Source: a virus | Direction: 5' to 3' (one strand) | IMG/VR virus record: IMGVR_UViG_3300042314_001189 | Location: 64,001 to 128,000 of that record | DNA: 64,000 bases | Part shown: positions 33,198 through 41,086 of the stretch, in pieces | Position numbering within the stretch: position 1 is the stretch's first letter | Layout: the number at the start of each line of letters is the position of its first letter | Notes under the pieces: generated by a model | Database searches by the model: none | Told to the model about the DNA's origin: nothing | The model's input: only the letters and a program-made list of their open reading frames with translations | Made by a program: the position numbers and the translations under genes

Positions 33198-33360
33198 TTG
33201 GTTGACTTAATGCTTAGGTTCAGTCGGTAATAACAGTGTGTGAGGAAAGTGAGACTGTGTATGACTTGAGGGTTTACGATTGGTAAACCTAGAATGGTGG
33301 AAGCCCTTCGCACTTAAATTGATTCTGAAAAATGTCTCAGCTGTTATATAAGTCAACCAA
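33198..33360 (+). ncRNA. Structured RNA, minimal RNase P RNA-like
   Basis: 12-bp terminal helix TTGGTTGACTTA/TAAGTCAACCAA; GAGGAAAGT-GAGAC can pair with GTCTC near the 3' end (P4-like). Confidence 0.45.
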
Positions 33361-33365
33361 AAATA

Positions 33366-33527
33366 TTATCCAAAAAGATGTGTTCAGCAACTGAACTCAA
33401 ACTACAATCTATAAGATGAAGTACAGTCTTCGTTAAAAAACTGGACATGTTGTGAGGGCATGTAAAAAATAACTACCATGTAAACGTTAGTCATGTAAAA
33501 TAAAGGCGAACTTACATCTTGGGATAA
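33366..33527 (+). ncRNA. TTCAGCAA-motif structured RNA, copy 2
   Basis: TTATCC/GGATAA, AAA/G loop, AAGATGT/ACATCTT, TTCAGCAA...AAACTA. Confidence 0.65.
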
Positions 33528-33597
33528 AATATTAAGAGACAGAGTAAAAATTTGGACAGTCGAAAGATAGAATGATTACTTGGACAGTCTCAAAAAA

Positions 33598-33671
33598 TTG
33601 GTAAAAGAATCTTTTCAGCAATTAAAACTATCTATTATTTGAAACAGAAAAAACCAACAGATTCTGACCAA
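33598..33671 (+). ncRNA. TTCAGCAA-motif structured RNA, copy 3
   Basis: TTGGT/ACCAA, AAA/G loop, AGAATCT/AGATTCT, TTCAGCAA...AAACTA. Confidence 0.65.
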
Positions 33672-33761
33672 CACACTCTAGAGGAATTGTCCTTATTAAA
33701 CGGGTTGCTAAATTCTGCGGCTTGTTGATAGTTGGCTCACTGCCAGCCTAGGGTACTAAAT

Positions 33762-33833
33762 TGCGGGGTAGAGCAGAGGTAGCTCGCAAGGCTCATAACC
33801 TTGAGGTCGTCAGTTCGAGTCTGGCTCCCGCTA
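33762..33833 (+). tRNA. tRNA-Met(CAT), initiator-like
   Basis: Cloverleaf, 1:72 mismatch, CAAGG-CTCATAA-CCTTG. Confidence 0.85.
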
Positions 33834-33892
33834 CAAATGGCCCAGTAAAGCCTCTTACCTTAGTGGTAACGTAACTGGTGCCGAAGATATAT

Positions 33893-33963
33893 TGCGTTAT
33901 GGTGTAAGTGGTTGCACATGAGGCTCATAACCTTGAAGGGTGGTTCAACTCCACGCTACGCTA
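33893..33963 (+). tRNA. Atypical/degenerate tRNA (CAT)
   Basis: D arm, GAGG-CTCATAA-CCTT, GTGG-TTCAACT-CCAC; imperfect acceptor stem. Confidence 0.55.
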
Positions 33964-34045
33964 CTATTGACTTTTACAAGCAAACCCCCGAATATGGCGG
34001 TTTTAATACCCATGAAATGGCATGGTGCTAATAAAAGTTAAAAAA

Positions 34046-34132
34046 TTAAAGAATAGTTTCAGCAAAAAACTACGGTTAACATTAAATTTGCAAAATTTGA
34101 TTAGTGGTTCAATCCCACATAACTATTCTGAA
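34046..34132 (+). ncRNA. TTCAGCAA-motif structured RNA, copy 4, with tRNA-like insert
   Basis: AGAATAGTT/AACTATTCT stem enclosing TAAAT-TTGCAAA-ATTTG (GCA anticodon-like) and GTGG-TTCAATC-CCAC T arm; terminator at 34139-34167. Confidence 0.65.
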
Positions 34133-34194
34133 CTCATTAAAAACCATCTTATTGATGGTTTTTTTTATTATAACATAAAAGTAAAAACAAACCA

Positions 34195-34872
34195 ATGGAA
34201 AAAGTAATTTTAGAAATTCGTGATGCTGAAGGCGGTGCCGATGCAAAGCTGTTGGTTGGTGAAATGAAAGACATTTACATCAAGACAGCAAAAAACAATA
34301 ACCTTAACTGACTGATAGTCGAAGAAAGGGAAGGATTTGTCGTGATGTGACTAACTGGTCATAATGTCAAAAAAATCTTTAAGAACGAAGTCGGTAATCA
34401 CCGATGGCAACGAATACCACCAACCGAAAGAAAAGGTAGGGTTCATACTAGTTCAATAACAGTAGCAATTTTAGAGGAAAACGAATATAAGGAAGTAGAA
34501 TTACAACCTAATGAATATCGTTTGGAAACAACCCGTGGTACGGGTAACGGTGGTCAACATAAGAACACCACAGATTCATGTGTGGTGGTCACACACATGG
34601 CTACTGGCATCAAAGTAGTTCGAGATGGTAGAAATCAACACAAGAACAAAGAAGATGCGTTAAAAGAGCTTAAAACACGTGTGAATAAATTTTATCGCAC
34701 TGGTCATATAGAAGAATCTGTTGAAGAACGAAGAGACCAAATAGGTAAAGGTGAAAGAAGTGATAAACGTAGAACGTATCGTGTGAAAGACGCTATTGTT
34801 ATTGACCATATAACCAATAAGACTGTAAGTTTGAAAGATATTTTAAAAGGTAAGATAGAATTATTTGCATAA
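34195..34872 (+). CDS. Class I peptide chain release factor (RF1-type, lacking domain 1) with two in-frame TGA codons (34309-11, 34348-50)
   Basis: MEKVILEIRDAEGG...N*LIVEEREGFVVM*LTG...HRWQRIPPTERKGRVHTS...GNGGQH...RRTY, all in one frame. Confidence 0.8.
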
Positions 34873-35457
34873 TTGAAAAATAAGTAGTATCTTTGTGGAA
34901 AATAAAAATAAGATGGAAAAAGAAACACCAAAAACAATAACGGTATTTGCTACTGAATCATATGAGACATATCTTTTCAGAGAATCATTAGAAATAAATG
35001 TTGAAGATTATCCAGAATTGGCTGGTATGAGTAAAGAAGAGATTGTTTCATACGTTGAAGAAAATGCGTGGGAAATGAAACCTACTGATAGTGAATATTA
35101 CGAATCTTTAGGTGAAGAACTAATGGAACGTGATATTATCAGAGATAAAATAACAAATGAAACTGCTGAGGTAACTGTAAAATAATGGAAAAGTTAACAT
35201 CTGAAAATCTAAGAAATTTCATCAACACGTATCCAACAAAATATCAATATGGTTTTTTGGCTAGTGAAACTAATGAGATATTGGAAAAGTTTGAAATTGA
35301 CAAAGAAAAGTTTTATGAAGCCTTGGGGGTTAATACTTGCATGTTGATGGAAGGTCAAGTTTTAAATTATCATTGCGATATTGAATTAGCTTTACGTTGC
35401 GTAATTGAAAATAGAGAGAAAACACTAGATGAGTGGGATTAAATAAAAAGTAAAAAA

Positions 35458-35961
35458 ATGTTTAAAAAAATGTTAATCATAGGCCACATGAGGCACGGTA
35501 AGGACAGTCTTGCTGAAATCATGAACGAAGAGTTTGGTTTGACTTTCAAATCATCTTCACAATCAGCTGCGGATATATTTTTATATGATGCGCTAAAAGA
35601 CAAATACGGTTATAAAACACCAGAAGAATGCTTTGAAGATAGAGTTAATCACAGAGCTGAATGGAAAGATATGATTTGTGACTACAACAAAGATGACCGT
35701 GCCAAATTAGCCAAAGGTATTTTGGAAAAGTCTGATTGTTACGTTGGAATGCGTGATAGAGAAGAAATCCAAGAATGTTTAAACCAAAAATTGTTTGATA
35801 TCATTATATGGGTTGATGCTAGTGAACGACTACCATTAGAAGATGCTTCATCATTCAACATTGATAAAACATGTGCTGATATTATCATTGAGAACAATGG
35901 TACTTTTGAACAATTCAAAGAAAAAGCTATTCGTTTAGGTAATTTTTTGAAAAAAGGTTAA
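35458..35961 (+). CDS. Deoxynucleoside monophosphate kinase-like P-loop protein
   Basis: IIGHMRHGKD P-loop, GMRD, IIENNGT. Confidence 0.65.
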   Translation: MFKKMLIIGHMRHGKDSLAEIMNEEFGLTFKSSSQSAADIFLYDALKDKYGYKTPEECFEDRVNHRAEWKDMICDYNKDDRAKLAKGILEKSDCYVGMRDREEIQECLNQKLFDIIIWVDASERLPLEDASSFNIDKTCADIIIENNGTFEQFKEKAIRLGNFLKKG

Positions 35962-36008
35962 ATAAATTTGCATTATTGAAAAATGTTTAGTACATTTGCA
36001 ATGCAAAC

Positions 36009-36079
36009 GGCTCTATGATGTAACGGCAGCGTAACGGTCTCTAAAACCGATAGAGTGGGTTCGATTCCCACTAGAGTCA
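36009..36079 (+). tRNA. Amber suppressor tRNA (anticodon CTA)
   Basis: GGCTCTA/TAGAGTC acceptor, CGGT-CTCTAAA-ACCG anticodon arm, GTGGG-TTCGATT-CCCAC T arm; own TACATTTG promoter at 35991. Confidence 0.85.
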
Positions 36080-36080
36080 C

Positions 36081-36191
36081 ATGGAAAATCAAGGTAAAAG
36101 AAAAGACCAAATAGAAACATCTGAAAAAGCTTTATTTTTCAGTATAATCGGATTTTTGGTATTATTATTGATACTTATTATTACAAATTAA
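36081..36191 (+). CDS. 36-aa single-TM peptide
   Basis: MENQGKRKDQIETSEKALFFSIIGFLVLLLILIITN. Confidence 0.45.
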   Translation: MENQGKRKDQIETSEKALFFSIIGFLVLLLILIITN

Positions 36192-36200
36192 AAAAAAGTT

Positions 36201-36545
36201 ATGAAGTAGATTAACGAAAAACTTAGAGTTGTCACAAGACGTGACTTATCATTACCAACACAAGCCGTGCAATCAGCACATGCTGCCATCGATTTCCAAC
36301 ATGCTCATCCTAAAGAAGCGACAGATTGGCAGACAAAATCAAATTATCTGGCATTATTGACAGTAGCAAATGAAGAAGAGTTATACAAACTCATAGACAA
36401 GGCTACGATTAGAGGAATTAAATATACAATATTCCGTGAGCCAGACATCAATAACGAAATTACCGCAATAGCATTTGAACCATGTGACGCTAGTAGAAGA
36501 TTAACTAGTGGGTGTCCTTTATTGGGTAAAAATAACAATAACTAA
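36201..36545 (+). CDS. Peptidyl-tRNA hydrolase Pth2-like protein with in-frame TAG at codon 3
   Basis: MK*INEKLRVVTRRDL...QAVQSAHA...FREPD...TAIAF...PLL; the conserved first strand lies upstream of the ORF-track start. Confidence 0.75.
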
Positions 36546-36665
36546 ACTATAGATTATGAATTAGATTAAAGCTCCCCCTTAAATTTATTTTAACTTAGAC
36601 ATTTACTTGGACATTGTGTCCAAGTACTACAAAATAAAATAAAATAAATTTAAAACATAGACAAT

Positions 36666-37085
36666 ATGAAAACTATAGAGCAAAAACAATTAGAAGTTAA
36701 AAATTATTTAACAACATCAGAACAACACTTATTTAAAACTAACAAAGGTGATTTGTTCAAAATAATGCCATTTGAAGTAGACGGAATTTTACATGTGTGT
36801 AAAGTAACCATAAAACAAGATGGTACAATGACATCCAAAGTAAAAAAAGTTTTTACTTACGAAAGTGATAATATAAAACAAAATTGGAAAAATTACTTTT
36901 TCTATAAGAGTTGTTATATTAACGAAGAAGCCATTGCAATTAAACACTTTAAGGGGGTTAGAACCTTTTTTGGTAATTTAATGGGTAATTTAACTATAAA
37001 TGACGAAAAAAACGTTGAATATATGAATAAATTAGTGGATGTTTATAAATTATCTTTAAATTTTGTTGACAAGAAGGAAATTTAA
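36666..37085 (+). CDS. Hypothetical protein
   Basis: ORF track. Confidence 0.5.
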   Translation: MKTIEQKQLEVKNYLTTSEQHLFKTNKGDLFKIMPFEVDGILHVCKVTIKQDGTMTSKVKKVFTYESDNIKQNWKNYFFYKSCYINEEAIAIKHFKGVRTFFGNLMGNLTINDEKNVEYMNKLVDVYKLSLNFVDKKEI

Positions 37086-37125
37086 TCGTATATTTGTCAA
37101 AATAAAATTAACTTAAAAGTAAAAC

Positions 37126-37542
37126 ATGACAGTAAACGAAAACAGTAGTGTTAAAGTACACTACACGGGAAGATTAGAAGATAACACAGTTTTTGATTCA
37201 TCTGTAGATAGAGAACCGTTAGACGTAAAATTGGGTCTAGGTGTTTTGATACCTGGATTTGAAAAAGGTCTACAAGGTCTATCTGTTGGTGAAAAAAGAA
37301 CAATTACAATACCATATACTGAAGCATATGGACCAGTGTTGGAAGAGAGAAGACAAGAAGTTGAAAAACAATATGTACCAGAAGGCGTACAAGTTGGTCA
37401 ACAATTAACTGCTCAAGGTCCACAAGGTGAAATGTATGTTACGGTGGCCGAAGTAAAAGAAAGCACAGTTGTTTTGGATGCCAACCATCCTTTGGCTGGG
37501 AAAGACTTAATCTTCGATTTGGAAGTTTTAGAAATTGCCTAA
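37126..37542 (+). CDS. FKBP-type peptidyl-prolyl isomerase (SlyD/SlpA-like)
   Basis: VHYTG, FDSS, IPGFE, AYG, DANHPLAGKDLIF. Confidence 0.9.
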   Translation: MTVNENSSVKVHYTGRLEDNTVFDSSVDREPLDVKLGLGVLIPGFEKGLQGLSVGEKRTITIPYTEAYGPVLEERRQEVEKQYVPEGVQVGQQLTAQGPQGEMYVTVAEVKESTVVLDANHPLAGKDLIFDLEVLEIA

Positions 37543-37635
37543 CTTAAAAACTAAAAAATTAAAACCCAGAGAAATCTGGGTTTTTTTTATGTCTAAAAAT
37601 TTGGTAGTTTAAAAAAGTTTTCATACCTTTGTCAT

Positions 37636-38583
37636 ATGAAAAAAATAAGTTTAAACAATTTAGGCGGTGAAAATATCACCAACGCTAACAACAGAGATAT
37701 ATTCAATAAGTATTTGGTTGAAGTATCTAAATTTAAACCGTTGACTAGAGAAGAAGAATTCGAGTTATTCAAGAGAGTAAATGAAGATGGTGACAAAAAT
37801 GCGTTGGATAAAGTTTGCAAACATAATTTACGTTTCGTAATAAGTGTTGCTAAAAAATACGCAACAGTTTTAACTAAATCATCACTAACATTAGAAGACT
37901 TGGTTAACGAAGGTAATTTAGGTTTGTGCGTAGCTGCAACTAGGTTTGATTATAAATCTGGTAACAAGTTTATTTCATATGCTGTTTTTTGGATTAAACA
38001 ACATATTTTAACATCAATACAAAAAAACGTAAAATCGATTAGGATTCCTTTGCATGTTAAAAACGACATAAACAAAATTTTAGAAAAACAACAAGAGTTG
38101 GAGCAAATACAAGGTCAATCTGTTTCAACATTAGAAGTGTTTGAGTCACTCATGGAAACTGGCCAGTTAAATGATAAATATGATATTGGCAGAGTTAATA
38201 ACATGTTGAACATTAACAATTTTGAAGATAGTTTAAACCGATTTGTTGGCACCGAAGATAAAACAGAATTATCTGAACTAATCAAAAGTGATTACGCAGA
38301 ACCAGATTCTGAATTAATAGAAAAAGAACGTAGAGCTTTTGCATTAAAAATGATAGAAACTTTACCTTTGATGATAAGACATTATTTTATCGATTACTAC
38401 GGTCTTTTTGGTCATGATGAGTTGAACATACATGAAATGGCTGAAAAATATGGGGAGAACGCCCCAACAATTAAAGCAAGGATGAATAAGTATTTAATGT
38501 TTTTGGCTCGTAAAAATAAAAACTCTAAAATTTATTTTTTGGGTGGAAAAAAAGAAAATAAAGACATTATTTATTGTATTTAA
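37636..38583 (+). CDS. Second sigma70-family factor (divergent region 4)
   Basis: HNLRFVISVAK, DLVNEGNLGL, FISYAVFWI. Confidence 0.9.
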   Translation: MKKISLNNLGGENITNANNRDIFNKYLVEVSKFKPLTREEEFELFKRVNEDGDKNALDKVCKHNLRFVISVAKKYATVLTKSSLTLEDLVNEGNLGLCVAATRFDYKSGNKFISYAVFWIKQHILTSIQKNVKSIRIPLHVKNDINKILEKQQELEQIQGQSVSTLEVFESLMETGQLNDKYDIGRVNNMLNINNFEDSLNRFVGTEDKTELSELIKSDYAEPDSELIEKERRAFALKMIETLPLMIRHYFIDYYGLFGHDELNIHEMAEKYGENAPTIKARMNKYLMFLARKNKNSKIYFLGGKKENKDIIYCI

Positions 38584-38606
38584 TATAAAGTACAAAATGG
38601 AAAACG

Positions 38607-39722
38607 ATGAGTGAAAAAAGAATAAAATTTGATATACCGATTCCAAAAGATATCCAACAAATTAAAGACGTGTTTAAGAAAAACGGCTTTAAACTGTATG
38701 TTGTAGGTGGTGCGGTTAGAGATGCGTTATTAGGTAAAACACCAAAGGACTACGATTTGGCGACAGATGCTGTACCAGATAAAGTAGAAGATATGATGGC
38801 AAAAGCTGGTTTTAGAACATTACCAACTGGAAAAGCTTTTGGTGTGATTAATGTTTTTACCGATATGGGTGAATACGAAATCGCTACGTTTAGAGAAGAC
38901 TTGTCTGGTGGTAGAAGACCAGACGCTGTTTCGTTTACAGATATTGAAGGTGATGTTAAAAGACGTGACCTAACAATAAACGCATTGTTTTATGATATTG
39001 ACACCCATGAAATAGTTGACCTTGTTGGTGGTGTTGAAGACCTTAAAAAAGGTGTTGTTAGAACTGTTGGTGCTGCTGAAGATAGATTTGGTGAGGATAG
39101 GTTGCGTATATTGAGAGCGATTAGATTTGCTGGTAGGTTTGGTAGTCAACTAGACCCATCAACAGATGCTGCTCTAATGAAAGACGCTAGTTTAGAAGGA
39201 ATATCTGGTGAACGCATCCGTGATGAATTTTTAAAAGGTATCGCATCAGCAAAATCAGTTAAATCTTTTTTGAAAATGGTTGATAAATACAAATTGTTTG
39301 ATTGGGTGTTTAATGGTTTAAACGTTGATAAACATTTTGTTGAAGATAACGACCCAATAATTGTTTTGGCTTGTTTACTAAAACATAACAACCTAGATGG
39401 TTTAGGTAAAAAATTGAATGGTTTAAAATACTCTGCTGAAGAAGTTAAAGGTATAACATTCTTGGTAGCGTTGTTAAAATTATCTGTTGATACAGCAGTT
39501 ACGCTTAAAAAAGCACAAAAACATTCTGGAGTAACGCCAGAACAAATTTTGAAGTTTTCAAAGATAGAGGGTATAAACCAAAAACTTATCGATGCTTTTT
39601 TAAAGTTTAATTTGACAGTTACTGGCCCAGATGTTATGGATAAATTGGGTATAAAACCAGGACCAGAATTAGGTAAAGAAATACAAAGACTTGAAACTGA
39701 CAACTTTAAAAAAAGTTTATAA
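38607..39722 (+). CDS. cca: CCA-adding tRNA nucleotidyltransferase
   Basis: VGGAVRD, DYD, RRDLTINA, EDRLRILRAIRF, ERIRDE; most tRNA genes here lack an encoded CCA. Confidence 0.85.
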   Translation: MSEKRIKFDIPIPKDIQQIKDVFKKNGFKLYVVGGAVRDALLGKTPKDYDLATDAVPDKVEDMMAKAGFRTLPTGKAFGVINVFTDMGEYEIATFREDLSGGRRPDAVSFTDIEGDVKRRDLTINALFYDIDTHEIVDLVGGVEDLKKGVVRTVGAAEDRFGEDRLRILRAIRFAGRFGSQLDPSTDAALMKDASLEGISGERIRDEFLKGIASAKSVKSFLKMVDKYKLFDWVFNGLNVDKHFVEDNDPIIVLACLLKHNNLDGLGKKLNGLKYSAEEVKGITFLVALLKLSVDTAVTLKKAQKHSGVTPEQILKFSKIEGINQKLIDAFLKFNLTVTGPDVMDKLGIKPGPELGKEIQRLETDNFKKSL

Positions 39723-39777
39723 CAATAATATTTATTTTTGTTAACATAACATTATATTTTACTTTATTATTTAAAAT

Positions 39778-40158
39778 ATGGGAAAATTTTTAGTCACATT
39801 TAATGACACAATCGGTGAAATAGACATAAACGGTTTCGCTATCATGACGGATAAAGAGGTTGAGGAATTTGAAGAATTTGCGTACAGTATTACATGGCCT
39901 TTTTCTTATAAAATGGGTGATGATGAGTTGGAATACACCAGTGGTGATGATTTATTAACAAGAATCGAATACAAAGAAATCACCAACGAAGAAGCTAAAG
40001 TATTAAAGAAGCTATTCAACGATGAGTATGGTGTTTTTATTGGTTTAGATTATTTGGAAGAAGTTATTGGCGAGGAAGAAGAGTACGATGACGAAGAGGA
40101 AGATGACGACTACGGTTCACCTTACTATGATGACGAAGACTCAGATGATAACTATTAA
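39778..40158 (+). CDS. Hypothetical acidic protein
   Basis: ORF track. Confidence 0.5.
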   Translation: MGKFLVTFNDTIGEIDINGFAIMTDKEVEEFEEFAYSITWPFSYKMGDDELEYTSGDDLLTRIEYKEITNEEAKVLKKLFNDEYGVFIGLDYLEEVIGEEEEYDDEEEDDDYGSPYYDDEDSDDNY

Positions 40159-40618
40159 CTATACAAAACAACCAACTGGTAATAGCTGCGGACCAACATG
40201 TTTACACATGGCGTTATCTTATTTAGCAAACAAAAACAACGACTTACCTTTTTATTTTGACATTAAACATACTGTTTTGGAGATATGTGAAATGTGTGGA
40301 ACCGATTGGGTGGTTGGGACACCACCAGAAAGAATGGAAAAAGGAATGAAAGCTTTGAATATAAAATATATTGAATACATTTCGTCACCTAGACCATACG
40401 ACTTAATCAAACAAATCCTAATCAACAAAAACTTACCAATCCTAAGAACAATAACACAAGGTGTCCCTCATTGGATAATAGTCAAAGGTTTTGACGGTGA
40501 TTTATTCGATGTGTTAGACCCATGGTTAGGCGAGATTCAATATACCAAGAATCAACTAGAGAGTATATGGAAAGTAAGAGATTATCAATTTTTTGAAATA
40601 GTGTCATATGAAGATTAA
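40145..40618 (+). CDS. C39-like cysteine peptidase
   Basis: Q...SCGPTCL, PHWIIV, LDPW; ATG at 40145 chosen as start. Confidence 0.75.
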   Translation: MITINYTKQPTGNSCGPTCLHMALSYLANKNNDLPFYFDIKHTVLEICEMCGTDWVVGTPPERMEKGMKALNIKYIEYISSPRPYDLIKQILINKNLPILRTITQGVPHWIIVKGFDGDLFDVLDPWLGEIQYTKNQLESIWKVRDYQFFEIVSYED

Positions 40619-41054
40619 ACAAGGAATACCCGAAGAAAGAAGATTAGAATCTATTAAGTGGGCTTTTGAAAGTTTCAAACATGTTACAGATAAAGATTAT
40701 TTTTTTGCCATAATCGCTCATTTAACTATTTGGGATATATCTGCAATGTTGGTAGATGAAGAAGAGAATATAATGGGACTTTATCTATTAGGTGACAAAC
40801 AACTAGACTCTTTGGTTCGAGATGAAAAATATTTAGACTTGAAAGGTCTTGAAGGTGTTTTGTTAGCTGTTGATAAATCAATTAGAGGAATGGGCTGGGG
40901 AAACAAACTAAAAGACTATCCAAAAACATTAGGGATTGATTATATTTGGGGTCAACAGTTAAAAACCTTGAACAATCTAAACGATTGGTTAAAACGTAGA
41001 GAATTAGTTGGTGAAACCAATAGTGTTTATATAACAGCTGAAATTTTTAAATAA
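40608..41054 (+). CDS. GNAT acetyltransferase
   Basis: LAVDKSIRGMGWGNKL acetyl-CoA binding motif. Confidence 0.7.
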   Translation: MKIKQGIPEERRLESIKWAFESFKHVTDKDYFFAIIAHLTIWDISAMLVDEEENIMGLYLLGDKQLDSLVRDEKYLDLKGLEGVLLAVDKSIRGMGWGNKLKDYPKTLGIDYIWGQQLKTLNNLNDWLKRRELVGETNSVYITAEIFK

Positions 41055-41086
41055 TTCGATATATTTATAATAAAATAAATCGAATT

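Noticed and set aside
33366-34132. CRISPR array interpretation of the recurring TTCAGCAA motif
   Set aside because: The conserved part is too short, spacing is irregular, and no cas genes are visible.
34022-34207. 61-aa ORF from the track
   Set aside because: Runs through the structured RNA and a terminator, and out of frame into the release factor start.
34300-34312. prfB-type +1 frameshift at CTT AAC TGA C
   Set aside because: The slippery CTT is not adjacent to the TGA, and release-factor homology continues in the same frame after both stops.
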